A stretch of DNA of 58,624 bases, counting the filler, from Porpidia crustulata (taxonomy: Eukaryota), in assembly GCA_964255105.1 (NCBI GenBank). It is 8 parts of 8 records of this genome, joined end to end, with 100 filler letters (N's around TTAATTAATTAA, not from the genome) between each part and the next. Parts side by side here need not be neighbours in the genome. Positions count along the whole stretch, not along the records: positions 44,056 to 51,292 come from CAXUWE010001374.1; positions 51,393 to 58,624 come from CAXUWE010001375.1; 6 more parts are not named here. One strand, given 5' to 3'. Within the stretch, counting starts at the first letter, position 1. Each line of letters starts with the position of its first letter. Of this stretch, positions 47,860 to 58,624 are shown in pieces. The notes under the pieces are model-generated. The model made no database searches. It was not told the origin of the DNA and saw only the letters and a program-made list of their open reading frames with translations. The translations under genes were made by a program, and so were the position numbers.

Positions 47860-50750
47860 AAAGCTGAAACGGTGAGGGATGACCAAGATTCTTATGGCCC
47901 TCGTCAACTTGACCTATAGCTGTAATAATGCTGAAGTAACTCCAGTAATCTTCAGCTGAAGCGGCCACAGTGGAGAGTTGGGTAGAGTCTCTAGATTGAT
48001 GTACACGGTAATGATTCAAGAGAGACAATTCGATCGTTCGCAGACTCTGAGGATGAGAGAACGATGAAGAATCCTGCTGGGCAACTCTGCCCTTTATATA
48101 CTTTTCCATCGTGTTGGATTTTTCGTTCAAAATGCCAGATTCCCAGTGTAGCTATCATCGATGAATCCATGGATGAAGTGTGTCGTGATATCTGAGGTGT
48201 GACAGACACAGTGTTTCGAAGAAATTGTTTCAGCTAAACGTGTTCTGAAAGCATGTGAATCGGCGAAACTTCCAAACCATGGTTTGCCAGACAAGCGCCG
48301 GGGTATCAGGAACACTTATTTCTACCGGAACAGCCTAGAGCCCTCAGCTGTATTGCGTACCTTAGATGACGTATTTGTTCTCTTTATCGGCTCAGCCACG
48401 GCCATAGCTGAAGCCCTTTTCCAACGATGCAGCCGTCAAACATTGCGAAAGATTAGGCGACTAACGAGACAGTCTTCATATATTTGATAATAAGAAAATC
48501 GTAAGAGCGGGCTCTTATCGTGGTGGTCAATTGAATCAAAACCATGCATATCTGGTGCTGCCGGTTGTCGGTATCGGTATGTGATCCAGGTATCCCTCGA
48601 GAAGTAATGTATTCGCATCTCGATCTCCCACATGGCGTTATCCAGCTAGGACTCTTCACCAGCAAGGTCCGCTGCTTCAATAAGGTCGGTTCCGTCGTGA
48701 GCATTAGCCTCTTCCTCAAGATCCGGCCCTTACTCCGGGGCAACCACGGAACGGCTGCGTCATATTAGCGGCTTGATCATGTAGTGCGCGCTTTTCCCAG
48801 GGTTGGCCGCCACTCCGAAGACGGCTTCAACCATCCAATGTTCATGACCAAGGATCTTGACGGTTTTGGGCATGGCGAACGCATGAGCTTGATGTAGTGA
48901 CGTCAGGGCCTCCGCATAGCAAACAGCAATTATCGTCGCACCTACTATGTCATTTAGTATTTAGTCAAGTTAGGTTCGATTCCTGTTGGCGCTGGTACAA
49001 TGGCGTGGTGGTTGTATCTTTTCTCCTATTAGACTGGACCAGAGAGACGCTTGGCGAGAACGCCACAGTATTCCGTGTACATAGTAGAAGCGTGGACTCG
49101 ATCAAAACAGCATCATTCAAGACCTGATGGTCAGTTAACGCTGCAGGAAATACATTTACAAAAGTATGTTCATCAAGTGTTGCCGACAATGGAATAAATG
49201 AGAAGATGCAATTTCGAAGAGTTGCAAACTCCAGGTGGTGTAACGGACCAATACACAGTATCGCAATACGGGATCAGCTTCGAAGCTAAGTTGACTTGGA
49301 CTCGTCGGGGGAGCTGGTAGAGGTGTCCTATCAGCGGCCTGGAGTCAACTTTGAATGTTGTCTGGCTTAGCGCTCGGTACGCTGTTTCCATCATTGTGCC
49401 GTTCTTCAATGCCTGTGATATGATTAATTGGCATCTGGTGACTGGCCACGGAGTGGTGATGAGAATACGCATGAAGGGGTTGAAAGGAGACTTCGGTGTT
49501 CAATTCGAGCCCAAGCCTCATATTGCAAGCTTCTCCTGAGATCATCTTAGATATGGGTTTCCAGCTGGAGAGAGCTATCGCAATGTTTGGACAGTGGAGA
49601 GACCGTTCATTTGACGATATAGTTATTCCAAGCCGCTAGAATAGCAGAAAATCGGCTTGAAGGAATGAAAGCGGGTCTGCCGGCACCGACTGTAGCCTCG
49701 GAAAATATTGAAACGCGTCGTGTTGAATCTAGAAGCTTCGTCGAGGCTTTGATTGCTGAAAGTTGTGATTACGCATAGAGATTGAAGACTGAGGAGATCC
49801 ATGATTCAGTATAAGGTAGATCGCTATGAAGGGTGAAGTCGGGACCATGTGCACCGAGAAATAAAGCTTGGCCAAGGTACGAGAAAATACTTCAAAATAT
49901 ATACAAGCAAGACAGGCAAGATGTTCCGTAGCTTTGGAGCGCAAGGTATTTGACTCCCAGAATGACATGCAAAATACTAGAGCGCTAAGTTTATCAATAA
50001 GAGTGAAGGTCATGGTGACAGACCTTGCCTTGAAAGGCGATGATCTTCAGCATCTGATTCCATGACATCTGGCCTGCCAAGACCCGGGCTTTGATAACAT
50101 CGGAGACAAGTTTTGTCGCTGCGCTGCTGCTTGACGGATGAACTTAGGAAGAAATTGGCCTACTGAAGATCTAATGCTCCTGGACTTGCGCCGTTTTCCG
50201 TTTCGTATGCAGCTAGATGCTGCCAGCAAAAAGTAGTCCGAAGAAGCAATCGAATGCATATTCCATAAGCTTTGTTGCGCTCCTTCATTGTTGAGGCCTT
50301 GTCGCTACAATGATTTCACTCGTTTCCGAAAGGCACCACCGAGGTTCGTATTAGCATGAAACTGATGAATAGACAACCAAGCGACCAAGACAGAACTCAG
50401 GCGCAAGCCTTCTGAATGCACATTCATTCATACGGGGGTCCTGACAGCAGCTTTGGATTCATGCCGGTTCTACTATCATTCGTGTCTGACAATACACAGA
50501 CTTTCCGTAGATTTTAATATTGTCTCGTGATCCACCTGCTTCTTTATTCACAGCCAAGAATCCTAGACCACAAGCGTGCCAGCGGGTATTCACACATTTA
50601 AATGCAAGGAGAGACCGGGAGAAGTGGAAAAGCGAAGATTGCTGCAAGCATACTCGCACAGCCACGGTAGGATTCCAATTCCTGCGGACAGCCGCACACG
50701 TATCTCTATACTGGTAACGCAGTGCCATGAATAGAATCCCAAGGATCGAA
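47860..50750 (-). pseudogene. Heavily decayed NLR-like gene (NB-ARC plus TPR repeats)
   Basis: Fragments lie in the expected order across frames: RILITTP and GHLYQLP (resembling the ILITTR and GLPLA motifs, about 49300-49470), KILGHEH (about 48850) and HTSSMDSSMIATLGIW...GKVY (TPR-like, about 48100-48185). Many stops; boundaries are approximate. Confidence 0.4.
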
Positions 50751-51159
50751 CTGCAGCGATAGCGTACACCGTGGAGCGAAGTGGAAGGTGGTCAGTAGGA
50801 ATTCCATTTTGTCGATTGAGGGCAAATGCAGAAGGCAATGGAAATGTTTGGACAAGAAGTCAGCTGAGGTGGCACAATTTAATTGGCTGTTAAGACTTTA
50901 GACGCGTCTTTTGCAATTGATTTCGACATCAACTGTGGCTCAGACGCACGTAATCCGTAGAAATTCGGGCAACAAGCGAGCGACTGCGCCACGACTCCAC
51001 GAGTGCCTCACCCGAGACAAGAATTGTCTGGCTCTTAATCGCTCACTCACTCACTCACTCCCTCACCTTCTCCTTTGACTATTCTTTATTCTACAGTTCT
51101 TACAGCTATCAAGCTGAGGATCTTGCATCTCTACCACAGAGCGAGAGAGTTGAGCAATC

Positions 51160-51292
51160 ATGGCCGACTTTGCTCCCCCAGCGGGACCGCCCCCGCCGAA
51201 GGTGCCTGAAGGCTGGAAAGCCTTGTGGAACGACCAGTACAAAGAATGGTACGTCTCTATCATCCTATCCTTCATGCTGCTCTCCATTTACC
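51160..51292 (+). CDS. Wwm1-like WW-domain protein, first exon only (truncated by contig end)
   Basis: MADFAPPAGPPPPKVPEGWKALWNDQYKEW, followed by a GTACGT donor. Confidence 0.8.
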
Positions 51293-51392
51293 NNNNNNNN
51301 NNNNNNNNNNNNNNNNNNNNNNNNNNNNNNNNNNNNTTAATTAATTAANNNNNNNNNNNNNNNNNNNNNNNNNNNNNNNNNNNNNNNNNNNN
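51293..51392. other. Artificial contig linker
   Basis: Same 100-bp spacer. Confidence 0.99.
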
Positions 51393-52441
51393 GCCCCCAG
51401 CCCCGCTTGCATGATCTCCCCGGCTTCCTTGAGGCAAGCCTCGAGACTGTCTACGACGATGACGCCGCCGCCTTTGGCGGCATGCTTGTGGTGGTGGTGC
51501 TTGTGATCCGGGGCGACAGCTTGCAGGAAGATGTCCGGATGCAGTTCGAGCATGTGTTCGCGGTAGCTGCCAATGGCGCTGATGTAGCGGGCTTTGCGAC
51601 GGCCGTCGTTGTGGGTTAGGTACTCGGCTGGGAATAAGGGGGTCGTGCTCGGGGTGCAGAGGAAGATGACGTCGGCTTTGCGGACATTTTCTTTGAGGAG
51701 GCGGTTGTATTCGACGTAGTCGGCGCTGACGATGCTGAAGGCGAGTTTGTCGTTGGCATTACGGAGGTCGGCCCAGTCGTCGGAGGTGTAGATTTCTTGC
51801 ATCAGGGCTTGGGCCCGGGCGAAGGAGCGGTTGACGACGTCGATGTGGTGGATTTCGGAGCCTCGGAGGAGGAGAGCCAGGCGGATGTGCCAGTAGGCTT
51901 GTTTTCCGGCGCCGAAGACGGTTATGGAGTGGACGTTGGAGCGGCGTTTCAGGAGGAGAGTGGAGGCGAGCGCGGTGCGGAAGGCCGTGAATTCGGACGC
52001 GGAGAGAAAGGCGTAGGGGGTTCCCGAGGGACGGAGGAGGGTGAGAGATCCATGAGGGGTGGTGGTCTGCGAGGAGGCAATGGACGGTGGATGTTTGAAG
52101 TTGGATTGTTGGGACGAATGAGAGCTGGGTGTCGATGTAGGTGTGAGGGTGGTGGTGCTTGAGGATGTCAAGGATTGAGGTGCAGCGGAGACCGATATGA
52201 TTTTCATTCCTCTGCTGGTGCTGGTGCTTGCGGGCATAAAGAGGGTATTTTGGTTATTCGGGGCGGGGATCGAAATCCGCTGGGGTTGATTGGCGCTACA
52301 GCATGCGGTGGTCTCCTGGGTGCCTGTTGAGTAGTCATGGAGAGCCTCGGCCAGATTGGCCTGCAGCCTTTGCACATCATCAAGCGTCAAGGCGAGAAGA
52401 AGAGAGCGTATGTCGGAGTCAGAGAGTACAGTGAGGGGCAT
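51393..52441 (-). CDS. Ornithine cyclodeaminase/mu-crystallin family protein (PrnX-like), 3' truncated
   Basis: MPLTVLSDSDIRSLL, TLFMPAS, EFTAFRTALAS, VFGAGKQAYWH, ADVIFLCTPSTTPLF, ISAIGSY, IVVDSLEACLKEAGEI. Confidence 0.9.
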
Positions 52442-55400
52442 ATTGTGATGGTGTGGAATTGGCAGTTTGTTCTTTGCAGAAACCAGCGAAGGGGGTTCCT
52501 TCCTTTTCAACAACTTGGAAATTGTTCTTTGACGAAAAGTGTTCGCTTCTCTGAAGTATAAAGTCAGCCATGAGCTTAGCAATAACGCAATCAACGATTG
52601 ACCTTACCTCGATGGTTATTCCTGGGCTCATCCGCTTCGCTTCAACCACCGAACATTTGGAAGCCTAGCATTTATTGATATATAGCTTACCATTCATAAA
52701 TCGATGTCTTCGTCATATGCGACCGTTCGACTTGGACTTGCGAACCCATGGATACATTGGATATCACATGGAAGGGCTAGACCTTCGCTGACAATTTGAA
52801 GCGCATTGCTTAGACGAGCTTAGCGCGCCTCTATCTCATCTACCTTGCTTTGCAATCTGGAGAAGCTCACTCTTTTGTATAGTCTACCTGTTGGTAAGTC
52901 TCAGATTTGTAGAGCTTACATGCGCAAAGCTATATCTTTAGATTATCTACATACACTGTAAGTTAAGACAGGTGTGTCAAAAGTCACTGGAGTCTTTGAG
53001 CGAGACACCCCTAATGAACTGCACCATCGACTTTTAACACCCCCTGGCGGGCCTACATCCTCCCCGTGTCATACAAGTATAAGCCTTCCAAGCTCAAAGG
53101 ATGTCGCAGATTTGAGTTTGTCTCCACGCGCAGCTCTTCTCACTGGGCAGGAAAGTATACAGCTTAAGGTTGGCTGAGCTGTTGGTTGTGCTATCAAAGT
53201 GGTGTAGCTCACAAAATATGAATCCAGCAGCGATCAAACTTGTTACCATGTACAAGTAACTAGCTACCAGGCTTTCCAGGAGAGACTATCTTGTGCTTAA
53301 TTTCATCGTCTCATTCTTCTATACCAGAAATTTCGTTTGCAATATTCATTTCGCTTCTTTGTTTTTCAATGTCATCTCAAAATTTCCACAGCTCATTAAG
53401 TGTCTTTATTCGAGGTCACGCAGGCCCTCTAGGCTAAGATCAACCTTGCGCTGATTGGTATGTTTGTCGCTTGGGCCAAGAGCTACGCCAGTACTACCAA
53501 CGATGCTGATTGCAAACATATGCTAAATACCTTGATAGATCTTCAATGTTTGCTGAAAAACCCCTACATTATCATATCATTGGAAGAATCTTTGTCTGAT
53601 TATGTATGCATTGTATGCACGCTACTTAGGTAGCCCGCTTACTCCTTCTCTCCGACGTTAACGACGCTTGTTGATCTATAATATCAAAGCACCCTCAAGT
53701 CGCCGACGCTCGCTTTCTCAACGCCCTCGTCCTCTTCAACGCCCCCGCAAATGAACGGACCCCTCTGACAATTACTGTATTATTTCGAGGAAGTCTGGTC
53801 CAGCTCCCAAGATTGTAGTCTCCAGACATGCCATTTTACCACGCTCATTATGGTGCTGACTTTCGCAAGGATCGTTTTTGCGATACCTGACCTGTTTAAA
53901 CATGCTAAGGAAATCGGTAAGGACGACTCCACGACAAATACTACCACGAAAGTCCTTATCAAATGTAAGCTATAAAAAAGGTATTCTTTGCTGATCAGCC
54001 TACTACACAGAAACCACAGCTTTTTCATGACCAGTCCTGTTTATTTCGGCTTCAATATCTCTAACCCAGCCCTTCGAAGGCTCTCTAGCTTCTTGGCAGA
54101 AAATAGGTGCAGAATTATCACTGATAATAGTAAAGCCACAGGTCAAGAATTGTGTGTTATGGACACGCCAGAGTATACATAGATTCCATCATAGCCGAAT
54201 CATTTTTCCTACTTTTAATCGGTCTTTGCGATTGCACGAGCTGGGGTACTTGACTGACTTTCTCTGTTTTTGTTTGAAGAGAGGTCAAGACGATCTACGA
54301 AAACCTACAAAGTACTTTTTGTCGATATTAGGCGGTTACGGCCATCAGTGCGCAACACTCAAAGCCAAATTCCCTAAATTCCCTGGTCTGGTCATTCCAC
54401 TACCGCAGAAGCTGCAGTACGTGCAGTCTAGTGAGCGGATAATTATCATAGCGCAAATCTTCTATGAGCCGCAAGAAATCAAAGGCATGTGGCCTTTATA
54501 TATCGAGTCACGATGTCTTGCATCATGGGTAATAAATCGCGGGCAGCAAATTCCACTGCTTGCGAAACTTCGATTAAATTTATCCTGTCAAGTCTTATAT
54601 TCTATCCTTATTCTGAAGAGTCTGGTTCCCACCATGGAAAAGTACTCGCAGATCCTAGTCAGCCGTTGCAAGACCTCAACAACAGAGCGATTAACAGTCC
54701 ACCTCGTTGCGTGCAGCTGTTGGAAAACTGCGAGGGAAGAAAGCCTTGGATAGAGATAAGTTAAGCCTTACTACTTTATCAACAGTACCCCTATTGTTCA
54801 ACAGATTGCGTAGGCAATGTCATCTCGGTAGTCGCTACTCAGAGCTAATTTAAGTTGCGCAAGCGCATGAGGAGGTAGAGTTGTTCCCGTTAAGCTGTCT
54901 CTTCTATGGAGTGATAAAATAGCTGTGAATAATTTCTTGAGTGTACGTAGAATTTTCTCTTTATGTAATACTGTCGATCCCTTGGTGCTATACTACCTAC
55001 TAAATGTTCTTGTCATCAAGGACCTTTCCGACTATATTGCCAAGATTGAGTGCGTCGAGTCTACTCCAAAATTGGCAGCTTACTATCCCATATCTATCAC
55101 TGATTACGCTGAAGCAGCTTTTTAACTGTTGCAAGCCTTATCCTTTAACTTTGGTAGGTAGTGGCACCGTCTGAAGCCGTACCTTCGTGTGGATCCTTTG
55201 TGATTGATAGGGGCAACACTGGTATGAAGTAGAAGTCAATCTGTGCTGCAGAAGCTTCACGCAGAAAACAGTACATGACCATCATTCATCAGCCGTAACA
55301 TCCAATGTTCCTATTGTATCAATCCATCCGCATCTTAGCGTGATCGGAAAGGGCGATAACGACATCCTGAAAGAGCTCTTATCGACTGAAATCACAGGAA

Positions 55401-55955
55401 CACCTTTGCGTGACTGAGATGGCAACACTGTACTAGGAAAAAATCACGGAGTTGGACCTCGTGTCCAGTATTCATCCAACTTCCATTGACACGTTCATTA
55501 ACATATACTAATTCGGCACCAGGTGTGATTGTAACACAGCCTGAAGGCATTCTGGGGTATAAATACGTCCAACTTCTCTCCTCTTTCCTTCTTTCTCCCT
55601 CTTTCATACCACATCAAATAAGGGCCATTGGATGCCTTTTGTATAAACACCTGCGGTGCAGAGTCTTTCATTCTACATTTGCTCTCCTTTATCTTTTCTG
55701 TTCAAGTACATTACACAATATACATATATATACTAACGCCTGTCTCAATCATCAAGTCCGGTGATTGGAAAGGGGCCGAACCAGCTGGTTGTCGCTCTCG
55801 CTCCGGACAGCCTTTACAATACCTTCAGAGTTTCCAACTCTCTTGAAAGCTCGCCACTGCTTCTCCATTTTCAAAGGCGCCGACAGATTATACGATGACA
55901 CTGTAATCGTGTCTCGTTTAAAGTTCTCAAGTAACAACATGAACGACGATAATCC

Positions 55956-56327
55956 TTGATTAAACCAAGGGATTTTACCCTGCACGGAAGCTGTATAGAG
56001 TTGGTTTCCCACCTGAAGTCCGCTAGCAATGATCAGACTAACAGCTATGATGGTCGACAGAAAATTCCGCAAGTCGATTCAAACTTCGTGACGAAGATTC
56101 GTATCAGTAATGTGGATAACATCCAAGGAAGAGAAGGCTCTCTCGTCATCTTGGACCTGGTCAGCACGCACGACCTTGAATTCATGACTCATCGCAACCA
56201 TCTCAACGTTGCGTATTCTCGCGCCCAAAATGGGCTGATCGTAACTGAGAATGTGGATGGCATCATGCAATCCCATAAGAAGGAGCGGAAGCATCCGGAA
56301 GCTGACCAACTTCGACGTTGGCAATGA
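55956..56327 (+). pseudogene. Remnant of a DNA2/NAM7(Upf1)-like SF1 helicase C-terminal domain
   Basis: NVDNIQGREGSLVILDLV...FM..RNHLNVAYSRAQNGLIV matches SF1B motifs V-VI (TVDxFQGRE / RLNVAxSRA). Upstream sequence is broken by stops. Confidence 0.7.
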
Positions 56328-58137
56328 AAGATGACCGAGAAACTTCCGACTCATCCCTCCATCGTTCCCTTTGAAGATGACTATCCGATTGTTTCATCGG
56401 ACATGAATGAGTCGCAGCATTTGAACCGGCAAATCTATTCGCATTCTTATATACATATTCTCGTTGTTCCTCCTTGGCTGGGTGGTTTCCCAGCGGCCAA
56501 GACCAGCTATATTCTGCTCTTTCCGTCAGAGAAATATTGACGGGCCGGCAAAGCGAAAGATTACTCCTCGCACCCAGGAGTCTCGCAAGCTCCACAAAGA
56601 CGCCTACAAGGATGCCCTAATTGACGAAACTTCAGGGAAAGCTTTTCTTGCATTTGTGCAAGCTATGGATCGGGTGTACTACTCTGCTGCTTTTTTTCTC
56701 AAGCCACGCTTCTCAGAGAAGCATGAACATCTCGTGCACTACGTGAAGCTATGACGACTAGAGCTTCTGGTCAATTATGGCGAGTTTTTCCACCAATAAA
56801 TAAATAAATGGTAAAAGATGAAAACCCCAGAGACAAGGGCACTTGCGCCTAAAAGAAAAGGCCAGGAAGGCACTGACGAAGGGATTGAAATCGGCTTCCA
56901 TCAGCGGAGAGTTCAAGGAGCCCCTCCCGTCAACGCCAAAGAAGAAAAGAAGCCGCGAGGCCAGAGTCACAAAAAAAGAGCCCAAGCCCTCCCTGCGCAA
57001 GTCGAAGAAGGCCATTAAACAATAAAAATTCGAGGTGACACCGTTCAACTAAATAGTTTCGAATTTCATATCGTGGGACCGATCAAGCTGGAATATTGCA
57101 AAGGAAAACATATTTGATGAATGTGAGCGAGTGAAGAGAGGTGGATGAATTTTTTGTAATGTGAGCTTATTGTTCAAACTCTTGATTCAACTTCATGCTG
57201 GTATCAGTTAGCAACTTGTTCGCCGATGCTCGACATGTGGATTTTCCGGTGCTTGTACATCATGCATAAATCGTTTACGCATTCTTCAAGATCAATACAT
57301 TCGACAGGATTTCATCAACAATATCAATTAAGATTTCAAAGAATCTGTATCGGAAGATGAAGAGATCACGTTGCATATGGATTATCAAAACAATCGTGCA
57401 ATGAGAAGAGATGAGGGAAGAACGATGCGGCTAAGGAGAAGAGCTGCCAACGGAGAAGCAAGACGAGCAGAAGAGCTCGAAACACAACGCCGTGAAGAAG
57501 CGTATGGAGATTGGCATGATGGGAACGGACGGACAAGAACTGCCCTAATTGGACATGATTACCACTTATGGTACCGACATCGCAATTCGCTTCAAGTAAG
57601 CAGAGAAATCGCAAGCGTGTGATGGTACCACGCTTGACCGGGAAGATGGCCACTGCCTAATCTGCGTCAGGAACAGACACGCCACTACCACAGTCTATGC
57701 CATCGCCATGACCTGCATGGTGGATCGGTAAAGAATTGCAGGAAAAATTGGGCGGATCTCAAGGCAGCAGCCACCGGCGCTGATTCTGAGTTGAGTCGAG
57801 GTGCGAAGGCGGAGAAGGCGGAGACGATGGTCCGTTCGCTATCACTGATTGTAAGTACAGCTTTATACAAATAGCTTAATTCTGTTTCAGTCGCCAGAGA
57901 AAAATTGAGGAAGCCAAGAGCAGGACGACGCAGCGCCTCTCGGCGCTTTCTTTTGATCCTGAACGACATCGATACGTCACGAAGTACCATCGGTTTGGGT
58001 TCTCCGGCTAGAATGACAGATTTGTCCGTCTTGTTTGATGACATATCTTTCTCCGGCTTCTTGAAGCGCTGGACGAACACACAGTTGATGGATACATTCC
58101 TCGATTCCACTACACTCAACGAAAGTATCGACGATCC

Positions 58138-58515
58138 ATGTGGGATGAACATGAATTGATCATTCTCAGGAGACCCAAGTATTCAAATAGAAGAAGTGAA
58201 CAGCTGAATGACAACGATCGCGAGAGCTTTTATTATGCCCGCCATCCTCTGGCATGTCATCTGGAAACTTCTGCAATCACTACCCTGCGAACTGAAGCTG
58301 CCCAACACTTACGTCAAGTTTCGAACGGAATCGAAATCATTGCAGGTCCCACAGGTTTGGGCAAGACCATGTTCAGCACCGGGCCAGACCCTCGATCTCC
58401 TGCTTACTTCGGCACTGTCCTGACAACGACAGTGTCCGAATTTGTACCTCTTCACTCTCAGCATCTCTTTTCCGCTTCAGCTCGTCAATGGTTCTTGCTG
58501 ATGTGTGCTGCCTGA
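58138..58515 (+). pseudogene. Possible second SF1 helicase remnant (Walker A region)
   Basis: IEIIAGPTGLGKT resembles IxGPPGTGKT. No downstream motifs are in frame. Confidence 0.45.
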
Positions 58516-58624
58516 GTGCTGGTCATAGTACTGTTTCTGTATATAATTATTTTATTAGATTACCTACCCTTATCGATTACCCTACTCGTATCCATCGATA
58601 CTAGATAGCTGATACGCTAGTGCG

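Noticed and set aside
7249..51392. TTAATTAATTAA recurring about every 7.3 kb, as a biological periodic repeat or CRISPR-like array
   Set aside because: It is always centred in exactly 44+44 N and encodes stops in all frames, so it is an artificial joining linker.
56818..57025. Short Lys/Arg-rich ORFs as a histone-like or ribosomal protein
   Set aside because: No recognisable family motif; more likely the low-complexity tail of the decayed upstream gene.
1..58624. tRNA, rRNA or snoRNA genes
   Set aside because: No cloverleaf, rRNA signature or paired C/D boxes were recognised by eye; tRNAscan-SE and Infernal would be needed to exclude them.

Overview
This window is not one locus. It consists of eight unrelated contigs (about 7248, 7244, 7244, 7242, 7240, 7237, 7237 and 7232 bp, in descending length order) joined by seven artificial 100-bp linkers (44 N + TTAATTAATTAA + 44 N). 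The DNA is from a filamentous ascomycete: short GT-AG introns with CTRAC-type branch points and Pezizomycotina-type gene families. The species cannot be determined from the sequence, nor whether all contigs come from one organism. Recognisable genes are a PNUTS/Ppn1-like PP1 regulator, SLY1, a phospholipase/carboxylesterase, GPI19/PIG-P, a PTH11-like receptor, an asparagine-synthetase-family amidotransferase, two SDRs, a Psd2-type decarboxylase, a Dal5/Tna1-type MFS transporter, ICE2, a GPI-anchored wall protein, two WW-domain proteins, an F-box/2EXR-like protein and a PrnX/ornithine cyclodeaminase-like protein. These are interspersed with decayed genes (RING pair, QIP-like exonuclease, PD-(D/E)XK-like, DUF3176, NB-ARC/TPR NLR-like, SF1 helicase) and small inverted-repeat elements. 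I found no convincing multi-gene novel system. The best leads are a stand-alone protein resembling the Ycf1 TMD0 domain, a long intron with a possible poison exon in the PNUTS-like gene, and two different MITEs that share a telomere-like core. All family assignments come from motif recognition by eye, not database searches.
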